A stretch of DNA of 64,000 nucleotides from Nitrospinales bacterium (GTDB taxonomy: Bacteria; Nitrospinota; Nitrospinia; Nitrospinales; VA-1), in assembly GCA_965223345.1 (NCBI GenBank), contig CBDCWG010000001.1:216751-280750 (forward strand). The letters are read 5' to 3'. This document shows positions 27,189 to 37,350 of the stretch, piece by piece. The stretch's first letter is position 1. Each line of letters opens with the position of its first letter. Both the position numbers and the translations under genes were made by a program. Below the pieces are notes generated by a model. That model saw only the letters and a list, made by a program, of their open reading frames with translations, did not search any database and was not told the origin of the DNA.

Positions 27189-27793
27189 GACCGGGGTGTT
27201 GACGTGGATTCTGCGGTTGAGGCGGTCCCGAACGACCTGCCAGCGGCCGTTGCGCTCGGCCACCTCCACCACCGAGACGCCGTGAGCGGCCTGCGACAGG
27301 CGCACGTCCTCCAACGACTCCGGGGCCTCCTTGCCAAGTACGTGGGTGTTGCGGCCGAACTCGTGGTTGATGCACAGCACACCGTGGTTGCGACCGAGCG
27401 GGTAGAACCACATGCCGTCGTGCCCGATTCCGATCTGCTTCTCCTGGTCGGCGGCTGACTTCGAGCCGTTCACATGCTCGGGGTAGGGCGCAAGGATCGG
27501 CTCGCCCCAGGGATGAGCACCTGATACTCATAGTCGGCCGAGACAGCAGGCAGTGGGCCCGACCCGCCGGCGACCGGAACCGGGGTGAAGCCGATGAGCG
27601 GCGCCCGGTGGCCGTTCTTCCGTCCGGGCCGTGCCCGGCCGGTCAGCGCCCCGGCCGTGCCTGCACCGAAGAAGATGGTGGCCCCGGTGGCCAAGCTTCC
27701 GCCGAGAACCTTCCGGCGCGAGATTCTGGCATACAGCACATCTTCAAACGGTCGATTGGCGGATGGGTTCGTCGCAATGTCGTCGACTGGCAT
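27189..27793 (-). pseudogene. phoX: PhoX-family alkaline phosphatase, N-terminal fragment; frameshift near 27510, truncated at the junction
   Basis: CAGGAGG RBS, Tat signal SRRKVLGG, LIPWG(E)P restored by adding one C, GHDGM, CINHE, AAHGVSVVE, NRRIHVNTP. Confidence 0.85.
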
Positions 27794-27944
27794 ATCGTCC
27801 TCCTGGGTCACGTAGCCTCCGGGCTGGACACTAAACAAGTGGGTTGTCGGCGGGGTTGCACGGAGGTGGACGCACTGTTGCCAGTGGCTGAACCCTTGAC
27901 TGACGCCCGGTTCCCATCCCGACGCAGGGATCGCCACCGTGATT

Positions 27945-27977
27945 GTTCAACTGGTGGTCACCCACCGGCCAACTCGG
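27945..27977 (+). promoter_or_regulatory. PHO-box-like tandem 11-bp direct repeats
   Basis: GTTCAACTGGT / GGTCACCCACC / GGCCAACTCGG followed by TAATGT, between two phosphatase-type genes. Confidence 0.55.
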
Positions 27978-28037
27978 CCTAATGTCCGCGTAGGGCGCCT
28001 CGGCTACAACCACAGGTATCTAGCTTCGGAGGCAGCC

Positions 28038-29669
28038 TTGAAACTGAATCAGTTCAACCTTGTGTCGCGGGCGATGGCGATACTTCTCACCTTGTCCTTG
28101 GTCACCTCGTCGCTCGTTGGAACGGCCGATGCTGCCGGCGGGGACTACTTCGAGCCGTTGGCCACGTTCGACGTGATGGCCGGCAACGGTTCGGCGGTGG
28201 CCGAGATCGTCGCATTTGCGGCAGGCGGCAATCTGCTGGTCTACACCGACGGCGACAATCAACAGATCGGTCTGGTCGACGTCGCTCGACTCGACGACCC
28301 ACAGGGCCTTGGGGTCATCGACATGCCCGGTGAACCGACGAGCCTGGCGACGACCGGGCCACTTGCGCTCGTCGCCGTGAACACGTCCGAATCGTTCGTC
28401 GAGCCGTCGGGCTCGCTGGTCGTGCTCAACCTCAGGTCGCGAAAGGTGTTGACGACGATCGACCTGGGCGGCCAACCCGACTCGATGGCCGTTTCACCGG
28501 ACGGCAAGACGGCGGCCGTGGTGATCGAGAACGAGCGCGACGAGGATCTGAACGACGGCCTCATTCCCCAACTGCCCGGTGGCGGGCTCGCCATCGTCTC
28601 GCTCAAGGGCAACCCGTCGACCTGGACGGTCACCATGGCCGATCTGTCCCCGGTGGCGGCGTCAGCGTTCGCCGGGTCCGACCTTGAGCCGGAGTTCGTC
28701 GACATCAACGCCGAAAACGAGGCGGTCGTCACCTTCCAGGAGAACAACCACCTTGCGGTCGTCGACCTGGGGTCCGGAAGCACGATCTCCCATTTCCCGG
28801 CCGGCGAGGTCTCACTTACCAACGTCGACACCGAAGAGGAGGATCTGATCAACCTCGACTCCGACATCACCAAACGTCGCGAGCCCGACGCGGTGGCCTG
28901 GATCGACGCCGATACCTTCGCCACCGCCAACGAAGGCGACTACGAGGACGCAAACGGTGAAGAGGGTGGAAGTCGCGGCTTCACCGTCTTCCACCAGGAC
29001 GGAACCGTGGCCTACGAGTCGGCCGAAACGTTCGAGCATCTGCTGGTCGCCGCCGGCCACTACAACGAGGGTCGATCGGAGAACAAGGGTGTGGAGCCCG
29101 AGTCGGTCGAGGTCGGGGTGTACGGAAAGCGGACCTTGCTCTTCGTCGGGTCGGAACGTTCGAACGCCGTTGGCGTCTACGACGTAACCTCAGGCACGCC
29201 GGTGCTGCAGCAGCTCCTGCCCACGGGCATCGGGCCCGAAGGGCTGGCCGCCAATCCCAAGCGGAAGCTCTTCGTCGCCTCAACCGAGGCCGACGAGGCC
29301 GACGACGGCATTCCCACGATGATCAACATCTACCGTCTCGGAGCCGCTGGCCCGTCCTACCCCATGATCTCCTCCGCGCCCGACGCCAACGGCACCCCCG
29401 TACCGTGGGTGGCGCTGTCCGGTCTCGCTCCGGATCCGAGCGACCCCGATGTTGTGTATGCCGTGAGCGACTCGTTCCTGGCCGAAGGTTTCGTCTACAC
29501 CATCGACGTCTCGTCGATCCCGGCCCTGATCATCGATCGCACGCAGATCACCGGTGCGACCGGGTCGCTCGACCTGGAGGGGATCGCTGTCGCTCCGGAC
29601 GGAACCTGGTACCTGGCCAGCGAGGGCCGGGCCGGTGATCGGCCGAACCAGATCGTCGTCGTCGATCCG
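28038..29669 (+). CDS. Secreted alkaline-phosphatase-associated beta-propeller plus the start of a phytase-like domain; 3'-truncated
   Basis: GGAGG RBS + TTG; signal peptide; GQPD, LEPE, REPD, TANEGD, RSENKGVEPE, SER, GPEG, ALSGL, DLEGIA, SEG. Confidence 0.8.
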
Positions 29670-30707
29670 CAGGCCGATGGGGAGCGAAGGATCGAGAACC
29701 TCGACGAATTGATCTACGATGCCGTCGAATTTGACACGGAACAGATTGACAACAAACCGCCAAGCGGCGAACCGCTAAGTGGCGAAGTGCCAAGTGTGAT
29801 CGGCCGGGCGAACGGTTTCGGTGGCCTCGATGCGTATCTTGAGCACGTTGCTTTGGTCAGCGATGTCGACCGATGGCATGGCGAGGAGGACAGGGTCACT
29901 TTAATGACCCTACATGCGGCCAAGGGACTCGAGTTTCCATATGTCTTTATCGTTGGCGCCGAACAAGGGATCATCCCAAGTTCGTGGGCTGTCCAAGATG
30001 GTGATCCCAATGCACTGGAAGAAGAGCGTCGGCTTTTCTTTGTTGGGATGACCCGCGCCGAATCGGAGCTGCATATCAGTTTGGCACGACTCCGCGGCCA
30101 GCGTGGCGAATTGCGTCCGTCGGTCGGTAGTTCGTTTCTCATGGAACTGCCGCATGATGAACTCGATGTCGTCGAGTATGGGGACACGGGGCCTTACCGA
30201 GTGATTGCCGAGTATGATGTCGACGACTCGGATGGGACCGATTGCGACGGGAGTGAACAAGCTCGCGAGCTGAATCGAAGCTTTGCGGCTGGTTCTCTCC
30301 CTCCCCGTCCTAGGCAATTGGATCGGTCCCGGGTCCCCTCGGTGCGTAATTCCTCGTCGCGCGCTGATACATTACCCTCCATTACAACCGCCGCCGCGAT
30401 GTTGGGCCAACGGAGTGGGGCGGACGGAGAATCGGACGCGCCAGCGGAACATGATAGGGACGTGCCGTTGGGCCATGGTGGATCGGGGCTTCGCGCCCCT
30501 TCGTCACGTGGCAAGTCGGATCGTCGAGATGTCCCCCAGGTATCGGTCGGTGATACCGTGGTCCATCCCGAATTGGGGCCTGGTAAGGTCGTGCGGTTAC
30601 GGCAAGGACTACGCGAAACGGCTACCGTGCAGTTTGCGCTCAGCGGGGAACAGAGAAGCTTCGTGGTGTCGGAAAGCTTATTGCGCGTTGTGCCACGCAG
30701 TGAATAG
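29670..30707 (+). CDS. pcrA: UvrD/PcrA helicase, C-terminal part only
   Basis: RIENLDEL, VTLMTLHAAKGLEFP, EEERRLFFVGMTRA, Tudor-like CTD VGDTVVHPELGPG; no motif I or II. Confidence 0.85.
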   Translation, partial: QADGERRIENLDELIYDAVEFDTEQIDNKPPSGEPLSGEVPSVIGRANGFGGLDAYLEHVALVSDVDRWHGEEDRVTLMTLHAAKGLEFPYVFIVGAEQGIIPSSWAVQDGDPNALEEERRLFFVGMTRAESELHISLARLRGQRGELRPSVGSSFLMELPHDELDVVEYGDTGPYRVIAEYDVDDSDGTDCDGSEQARELNRSFAAGSLPPRPRQLDRSRVPSVRNSSSRADTLPSITTAAAMLGQRSGADGESDAPAEHDRDVPLGHGGSGLRAPSSRGKSDRRDVPQVSVGDTVVHPELGPGKVVRLRQGLRETATVQFALSGEQRSFVVSESLLRVVPRSE

Positions 30708-30722
30708 CGGTCGTCGGTCGGG

Positions 30723-32231
30723 GTGACGCGAGTGAGTGACTTCATCAAGATAGCCCAGCTTCGTAGCGCGGGGGAATTGCGGGATCGTTGGCGGCAGCTC
30801 GGCTGGGATGTACCGGTCGACGACGACATTTTGACCGCCGAGGATGCATCGCCCATCGCCACGCCGATGGCATTCGGCCGGTCGACGGTCGGCAATCGTT
30901 GGTGCATCCATCCGATGGAAGGGTGGGATGCCAACCCCGATGGGAGTCCGTCGGAGCATACACTCCAACGGTGGAAGAAGTTCGGCGAGAGTGGTGCCAA
31001 ATTGATTTGGGGTGGTGAGGCGGCTGCGGTACGGCGCGATGGACGCGCGAATCCCCGGCAGACACTCGGTACGTCCGACAATCGGTTCGGCTTGGAGCGG
31101 CTGCTTCAGACCACGCGTCAGTCGCATCGGGACTCCGGCTGGGATGACCGTGACCTGGTCGTCGGACTGCAGCTGACACATTCGGGGCGGTTCAGTGTCG
31201 ATGGTGAAGGACGACGCGCGCCACGATTAGCCTATCACCACCCCTACCTCGATTCCCATTTCGGTATCGACCCTCATGATCCCAAGCTCGTTTGGGCCGA
31301 CGGAGAATTACCGGAACTGATCGATGCCTACGTTACGGCCGCGCAGTTGGCTGCCTCAGTTGGCTATCAATTCGTTGACGTCAAGGCGTGTCATGGATAT
31401 CTGCTACATGAGTTTCTCAGTGCTCGACTTCGGCCCGGTCCCTATGGTGGCGACTTGGTTGGTAGGTCGCGGCTATTACGGGAGATCATCGAAGCGATTC
31501 GGGCTGCCTGTCCCCAAGTCGACATTGGAGTACGTATCAGCCTGTTCGATCGGCCGCCATATGGACCGTCTGGCGAACCGATCGTGACCGACGGTGATCT
31601 CCCCTACCAATGTGGCTTCGGACTCGATCCAACCGCTCCCTCGACCATCGATCTGACCGAGCCACTTGCCCTGATCGAAATGTTGGTTGATCTGGGCGTG
31701 GTGGCGGTCAACGTGTCGGCCGGCAGTCCCTACTACTGCCCTCACGTGCAACGTCCGGCGGCCTTTCCACCCAGCGATGGCTATCCTCCCCCCGAGGATC
31801 CCCTGGTCGGCGTGGCGCGGCAACTTGTCGCGACACGCCAGGTAAAAAAGCGCTTTCCCGATTTGCCACTGGTCGGAACCGCCTACAGCTATTTACAGGA
31901 CTATGTGCCGCACGTTGCGCAGGCGATCATACGAGCAGGCTGGGCCGATAGCGTCGGCTTGGGAAGGATGGTTTTGTCGTATCCCGAGTTGCCAGCCGAC
32001 GTTTTGCTGGGACGTACTTGGCAGCGGAAGCGGGTATGTCGTACCTTTAGCGACTGTACGACGGCGCCCCGGCACGGACTTGTTTCCGGATGCTATCCGC
32101 TCGATCCTTACTACAAGTCGCTACCGGAAGCGAAGCAACTTAGGCAGGTCAAGGCCGTTCGGCGCAAGGAACGATGGATCTCCGTAACGACACGGCAGAG
32201 GGTGATAACGCCTTGGAAACGGCAACGGTGA
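30723..32231 (+). CDS. NADH:flavin oxidoreductase (Old Yellow Enzyme family)
   Basis: HPMEGWD, QLTHSGR, KACHGYLLHEFL, YGGD...R, VGLGR, C-terminal CRTFSDC. Confidence 0.9.
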   Translation: MTRVSDFIKIAQLRSAGELRDRWRQLGWDVPVDDDILTAEDASPIATPMAFGRSTVGNRWCIHPMEGWDANPDGSPSEHTLQRWKKFGESGAKLIWGGEAAAVRRDGRANPRQTLGTSDNRFGLERLLQTTRQSHRDSGWDDRDLVVGLQLTHSGRFSVDGEGRRAPRLAYHHPYLDSHFGIDPHDPKLVWADGELPELIDAYVTAAQLAASVGYQFVDVKACHGYLLHEFLSARLRPGPYGGDLVGRSRLLREIIEAIRAACPQVDIGVRISLFDRPPYGPSGEPIVTDGDLPYQCGFGLDPTAPSTIDLTEPLALIEMLVDLGVVAVNVSAGSPYYCPHVQRPAAFPPSDGYPPPEDPLVGVARQLVATRQVKKRFPDLPLVGTAYSYLQDYVPHVAQAIIRAGWADSVGLGRMVLSYPELPADVLLGRTWQRKRVCRTFSDCTTAPRHGLVSGCYPLDPYYKSLPEAKQLRQVKAVRRKERWISVTTRQRVITPWKRQR

Positions 32232-35200
32232 CAGATCATTCCGCGCGCGATGTCGATCCGCGTGTGCGTCACATTGTCGTGACGCTGCGCGACGCCGTCG
32301 ATTTTACTTCGACCCCATCGGTCGAACCGAATCGATCGTGCCGGCCCCTCGTCTTAGACAACGCCGTCGGAACCTCCGGCTTGGCGGTGCTGGCCGGTGC
32401 ACTCGACCGGGCATATCGCCATCTCTTGGTGATTTGCAGCGACGCAAATCAAGCAGAGACATGCGCCGACGACCTTGCGCTCTTTTCGCCAATCGAACCC
32501 CGGTTTTTCCCGCTGCTCTTGGATGAGAGTGTTCGCGACGAGTCACTCGGACAGCGACTCCAAGTCGTCAAATGGTTGATGGGACGGCCAACGCGGGGCA
32601 TGACGATCACACATGCTGCCGCTCTCATGCAGACCGTCCCGGGCGAGGGGCAACTGCGCCAGACCAGCCGAACCTTGGAGGTTGGTCAGTCGCTCGACCG
32701 CGACGAACTGGTGGAGTGGCTCGTTGCGGCGGGGTACCAACCGACCGCCGGTGTTGAGTTTCCCGGCGAGTTCGCTCAGCGTGGCGGATTGCTCGATGTC
32801 TTTTCGGTCGATGCGATCGATCCAGTGCGCATCGAATTGTTTGGCGACGAGATCGAGAGCCTGCGTACGTTTCACGTCGAGTCACAAAGGAGCTTGCAAC
32901 AATGCGAAGTTGTGGAGCTCATGTCAATGACTGAGTCGCGCGACATCACCGACGCTTCCCTGCTCGATTATCTGCCGGACGATACGCTGGTGGCGATCGT
33001 CGAACCCGATAAGACGGAGGGGGAGGCGGCGGCCTATGAGATGCGGCATCCACAGGCCGAACATCTGATCGGCTGGCGGACTCTCTGCACGCAGTTCGAG
33101 CCGTTTGGGCTCTGTTTGCTCTACCAACTCGCCCCCCATGCCGACGGTGCCATGGTCCGTTTGCCGGTGGGTGGAGTCGAACGGTTCAGCGGCGACTGGG
33201 CACACGTCAAGTCGGAGTTGCAACGCGCGGTGACCGATCTCGACCGGATCACGGTCGTTTGCCAAACACAGGGTGAACGGAAGCGGTTGGAGCATCTATT
33301 TCGCGAGTCGGTTTCTGAACAAGCCAGCCGATTCGAGGTCGTTACGGGACGGTTGTCGGCCGGATTCCAATTGGCCGAACAGCGCGAAGTTATTCTCAGT
33401 AGCTCTCAGATGTTTCGCCGAAGCGAGACTTCACGCCGGCGCGTCAAACGGCATCGCGGCAAAGCGATACAGAGTTTTCTCGATTTGCGCGAAGGCGATT
33501 TGGTTGTCCATCTAGCGCATGGTATCGGACGATACCTTGGCCTCAAAGAGATCGAAAAGCAGGGGCAACAAGAGGAGCACCTGGAAGTCGAATTCCATGG
33601 GGGCACGCGCGTCTACGTCCCCGCGACACGAATTGATTTGGTACAGAAGTACGTCGGCGGACGCAAGGCTCGTCCAAAGTTGGCGCGAATCGGGGGGCGC
33701 GTGTGGCAGCAACAGAAAAAAGCTGCCGAACGGGCGGTCGAGAACTTAGCGCACGATCTGTTGGAACTCCAGGCCGAACGTGCCAGTCAGCCCGGAATCG
33801 GGTTTGGCGAGGATACCGAGTGGCAGCACGAATTCGACGCCGCGTTCCCGTATCAAGAGACGCCCGACCAGCTTGCCGCCGCCGACGATATCAAGGGAGA
33901 CTTGGCATCTGGCCGACCGATGGACCGGTTGCTCTGTGGCGATGTTGGCTTCGGGAAGACAGAACTCGCAATGCGCGCCGCCTTCAAGGCAGTTGACAGC
34001 GGGTACCAAGTCGCAATCTTGGCACCGACCACGATCCTGGTCGAGCAGCACTTCCACACGTTTACCGAGCGTATGGCCGAGTATCCGTTTCGGATCGCCA
34101 AGTTGAGCCGGTTCTGTTCGGCTGCCGAGACGCGAAACGTGATCGCACAAGTAAAAGACGGAGGTATCGATATTGTGATCGGTACCCACCGTCTCGCCTC
34201 GAAAGATGTCGGCTTTCGCAACCTGGGGTTGCTGGTCATCGACGAGGAGCAGCGGTTTGGTGTATCGGTCAAGGAACGCCTCAAACAACTGCGTGCAAGT
34301 GTCAATGTGTTAACTCTGAGCGCCACACCGATCCCGCGCACTCTGCACATGTCGCTAACTGGCATGCGTGACATCTCAAATCTGGAAACGGCTCCGGAAG
34401 AACGCGTACCTGTCGAGACGCGTGTAACGCGTTGGAGCGATACTTTGATCCGCGACGCCGTACAACGCGAACTCGATCGTGGTGGACAAATCTTTTTCGT
34501 CCACAATCGAGTGCAAGACATCCAGTCCGTTGCTGCCAAGATCCAGCGAATCGTGCCAGAGGCGAAGATCGGGATTGGCCATGGTCAAATGCCGGAGCAT
34601 GACCTGGAGGAGATTATGACCGATTTTATTGAGCACCGATTCGACCTGTTGCTTTCGACGACGATCGTGGAAAGCGGGCTTGACATTCCCAATGCGAACA
34701 CGATGTTCATTGACGAAGCGCACCGCTACGGGCTGGCCGAACTTCATCAGCTTCGAGGGCGCGTTGGCCGGTACAAGCACCACGCCTATTGTTATCTGTT
34801 GCTTGATCCCCGCGGATCGGTGACACCGGCGTCTGCACGAAGATTACAGGCAATTCAGGAGTTTAGCGCGATGGGGGCCGGTTTCGCCATCGCCATGCGA
34901 GACCTCGAGATACGGGGCGCAGGTAATATTCTGGGGACACAACAGAGCGGTCACATTGCCACGGTCGGTTATGAACTCTATTGCCAATTGCTCGAAGCGG
35001 CGGTGCGGCGCCTTCGCAAGTTGCCACCCAAGGCGCGACCGGAGGTAATCGTTGATCTACCGGGTGTGACGTTGATCCCACGTGACTACGTCCCAGACCT
35101 CCGCGCTAAGATCGATCTCTATCGCCGGATCAATCAGATCGACAGCGACGATGCGATCCGACTCTTAGTGGACGAACTCGTTGATCGATTTGGGCCGGTC

Positions 35201-35458
35201 CCGCGTGCGCTAACGCGTCTGTTAGATCACGCCCGGTTAAAGCTCGACGCCGCCCTTTGGTCAATCGATACCGTGCGGTGGGAAGCGCCGTTCCTACTCT
35301 TTGCCTTCCGTGATCCACAGCGGATCGATCAGCTTGTCCGTGCGCATCGAGGTCAACTCCGCCGGGTAGGAGGGCGAGAGCTCTGTTGGCAGCTGCCGCC
35401 AGATGCCACCGTTGACACGATTGGGCAGGCCGCGAAATCTGTGTTGCAGCCGGCATGA
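32228..35458 (+). CDS. mfd: Transcription-repair coupling factor
   Basis: UvrB-like GEFAQRGGLLDVF, CarD-like VVHLAHGIGRY, GDVGFGKT, DEEQRFG, QLRGRVGR, DLEIRGAGNILG; GTG 32228 overlaps the upstream stop. Confidence 0.96.
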   Translation: MTDHSARDVDPRVRHIVVTLRDAVDFTSTPSVEPNRSCRPLVLDNAVGTSGLAVLAGALDRAYRHLLVICSDANQAETCADDLALFSPIEPRFFPLLLDESVRDESLGQRLQVVKWLMGRPTRGMTITHAAALMQTVPGEGQLRQTSRTLEVGQSLDRDELVEWLVAAGYQPTAGVEFPGEFAQRGGLLDVFSVDAIDPVRIELFGDEIESLRTFHVESQRSLQQCEVVELMSMTESRDITDASLLDYLPDDTLVAIVEPDKTEGEAAAYEMRHPQAEHLIGWRTLCTQFEPFGLCLLYQLAPHADGAMVRLPVGGVERFSGDWAHVKSELQRAVTDLDRITVVCQTQGERKRLEHLFRESVSEQASRFEVVTGRLSAGFQLAEQREVILSSSQMFRRSETSRRRVKRHRGKAIQSFLDLREGDLVVHLAHGIGRYLGLKEIEKQGQQEEHLEVEFHGGTRVYVPATRIDLVQKYVGGRKARPKLARIGGRVWQQQKKAAERAVENLAHDLLELQAERASQPGIGFGEDTEWQHEFDAAFPYQETPDQLAAADDIKGDLASGRPMDRLLCGDVGFGKTELAMRAAFKAVDSGYQVAILAPTTILVEQHFHTFTERMAEYPFRIAKLSRFCSAAETRNVIAQVKDGGIDIVIGTHRLASKDVGFRNLGLLVIDEEQRFGVSVKERLKQLRASVNVLTLSATPIPRTLHMSLTGMRDISNLETAPEERVPVETRVTRWSDTLIRDAVQRELDRGGQIFFVHNRVQDIQSVAAKIQRIVPEAKIGIGHGQMPEHDLEEIMTDFIEHRFDLLLSTTIVESGLDIPNANTMFIDEAHRYGLAELHQLRGRVGRYKHHAYCYLLLDPRGSVTPASARRLQAIQEFSAMGAGFAIAMRDLEIRGAGNILGTQQSGHIATVGYELYCQLLEAAVRRLRKLPPKARPEVIVDLPGVTLIPRDYVPDLRAKIDLYRRINQIDSDDAIRLLVDELVDRFGPVPRALTRLLDHARLKLDAALWSIDTVRWEAPFLLFAFRDPQRIDQLVRAHRGQLRRVGGRELCWQLPPDATVDTIGQAAKSVLQPA

Positions 35459-35558
35459 TGCCTCCCTATAATCCGCCGCCACTCCGTAGAGTGCGGCGTG
35501 CCAACTGACGGTACGCCCGGAACAAGCTGAGCTTGCAATCGACGAGGGACCCGGACCG

Positions 35559-37181
35559 GTGGAGCCGAGGTTAGTGAAGAGTATTACCACACGCGCGACT
35601 GGCCAGCGGTTGTATCGCACCCTTCAGTTCGCGCTAGTTTCAACGGCCTTGATCGTCACAGCATTGTCGGCCATTGCGGCAGAGAATGGGATTGATTCGT
35701 CGCGGCCGACCGATCCAGTATCGCGTCTCCCCTGGCGTGCATTCCCATCGGAACGGGGCCCCCATCGGCTACCACCGTTGCAGGGGCAAGTAGTGCCGGC
35801 ACCCTTTGTCCCGGTTGGCCGAGCGCCACTACAGGTCGGGCTACCTGATCCGTCAGGTACTCCTGCCTACCCCACCACACGATATCCCACGACTTCCTAT
35901 CCGCCACCTGTGCTACCGGAACGTCCCGTCGGTCGACTGACCGGGGAACCAGCCTCACCAACCGAGTCGCGACCAAATGGCCCTCGTCCGGCCGATCGTC
36001 TTTCGCGGCCTGCGTCACCACTCGGGGCGACCATTGCGCGTCCCACGGACTCGTTTTTCCAGGATGAACGCTCCCGTACTGAATCGGCGAGCCCCGTGTT
36101 GCCACCGGCCGACCGAGGACTCGGCCAAACGACTCCCCGTCTTGCTACGCCAGAACCTCCTGTTGCGCGGGAATTGCGCGCTGCCACCGATCCGATCGTT
36201 AAGCCATTGCGTGACGAGGTGAAACAAGTCGAGCAGATCCCGGCGGCACAGGTGATCGCGATTGTGGGTGATCAGCCAATCTTGGCTGGCGATCTCTTGG
36301 GCCAAATTAACGACGTCTTGCGGAAGAACAACGTACACGATGTCACCCCCGAGCAGCGTGATGAGTTGTTGCGGCGTTTTTTGCCCGGTGCCATCGACTC
36401 CAAGCTCGTTTATCTCGAGTATCTACGGCAAGTACCTGCCGACAAACTGCCGGAGGTCGAGGGGCGACTGAAGGAAGTCTACAACGAGCATCAGCTTCAG
36501 AAGTCGATGGACGAGGCCGGTGTTCGGTCCGTTGCTGAGTTTGAGGAAAAGCTGCGAGAGATCGGCTCGTCGCTCGATAAACAACGTCGACAGTTTGGTG
36601 AAACGGTCCTGGCACATCAACTGCTGAAGGAAAAAGTCGACCAGCAAGTCGACATTAGTCGCGAAGATCTATTGCAATATTACCGCGAGCATCAGGCTGA
36701 CTATGAGTTCAAGGCGTCGGCTCGATGGGAGGAATTAACGACTCAGTTTGATCAGTTCTCCACACGCGAGGAAGCGCGTGTGGCATTGGCGAAGATGGGA
36801 AACCGCGTTTGGTCGGGTGAAGAGTGGGGCGTGGTAGCGCGCGAGGTATCGCAAGGGTTTACGGCTCGAGAGGGTGGACGCCACGACTGGACTGACCAGG
36901 GAAGTTTGGTAAGCGATGCAATGGATGACGCAATCTTCTCTCTTCCGTTGAATAAGATGAGCGAGATCTTGGAGGATCGAATAGGGTTCCATATTGTTCG
37001 CGTATTGGAACGTAAGGAGGAGGGACGCGTACCCTTCACCGATTGCCAGGCCGAGATTCGGAAAAAGATTGAATCCGAACGGATGCAGCAGCGCCGCGGC
37101 GACTACATCCAGAATCTACGTGAAAAGACGTTTGTCTGGACCCGGTTCGACCGACTCGCCAGCGCCGGTCCGCGACCCTGA
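35559..37181 (+). CDS. SurA/PrsA-like parvulin PPIase with a Pro-rich N-terminal region
   Basis: TM/signal, VIAIVGDQPI, AREVSQG...GG...W, GFHIVRV; follows mfd; start uncertain. Confidence 0.8.
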   Translation: MEPRLVKSITTRATGQRLYRTLQFALVSTALIVTALSAIAAENGIDSSRPTDPVSRLPWRAFPSERGPHRLPPLQGQVVPAPFVPVGRAPLQVGLPDPSGTPAYPTTRYPTTSYPPPVLPERPVGRLTGEPASPTESRPNGPRPADRLSRPASPLGATIARPTDSFFQDERSRTESASPVLPPADRGLGQTTPRLATPEPPVARELRAATDPIVKPLRDEVKQVEQIPAAQVIAIVGDQPILAGDLLGQINDVLRKNNVHDVTPEQRDELLRRFLPGAIDSKLVYLEYLRQVPADKLPEVEGRLKEVYNEHQLQKSMDEAGVRSVAEFEEKLREIGSSLDKQRRQFGETVLAHQLLKEKVDQQVDISREDLLQYYREHQADYEFKASARWEELTTQFDQFSTREEARVALAKMGNRVWSGEEWGVVAREVSQGFTAREGGRHDWTDQGSLVSDAMDDAIFSLPLNKMSEILEDRIGFHIVRVLERKEEGRVPFTDCQAEIRKKIESERMQQRRGDYIQNLREKTFVWTRFDRLASAGPRP

Positions 37182-37350
37182 GTCAATTTCTATCGCATGC
37201 CATCGAAGGGTCCTGCCGTCGGTGGGCCCCCGCTTTTCGAATGGGACGGTGGCCATTACATTGCAGAGACTGCCGGTGCGGCGGATTCATGACACGCGGA
37301 CTTGCGGGTTCGACGTGCTGGACCGAATGGTTTCTGCGGGGGCGATGGGA

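Noticed and set aside
24638..27202. 854-aa plus-strand ORF, and similar long antisense ORFs such as 9092-10564, 17868-19634 and 6772-7785
   Set aside because: Antisense shadows of genes with strong GC3 bias; no recognisable motifs.
26931..27473. PhoX-like ORF overlapping the CRTAC1 ORF in another frame (apparent dual coding)
   Set aside because: Each ORF is protein-like only on its own side of ~27188; the rest is read-through across the junction.
27189..29669. Segment B as a mobile element or genomic island
   Set aside because: No transposase, integrase, terminal repeats or target duplication, and the two flanks are different genes with different composition.
27939..30707. 922-aa apparent fusion of a secreted phosphatase-like propeller with a UvrD helicase C-terminus
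   Set aside because: Both halves are truncated, a secreted domain joined to half a helicase is implausible, and codon style switches at ~29669. Best explained as a chance in-frame chimeric junction.
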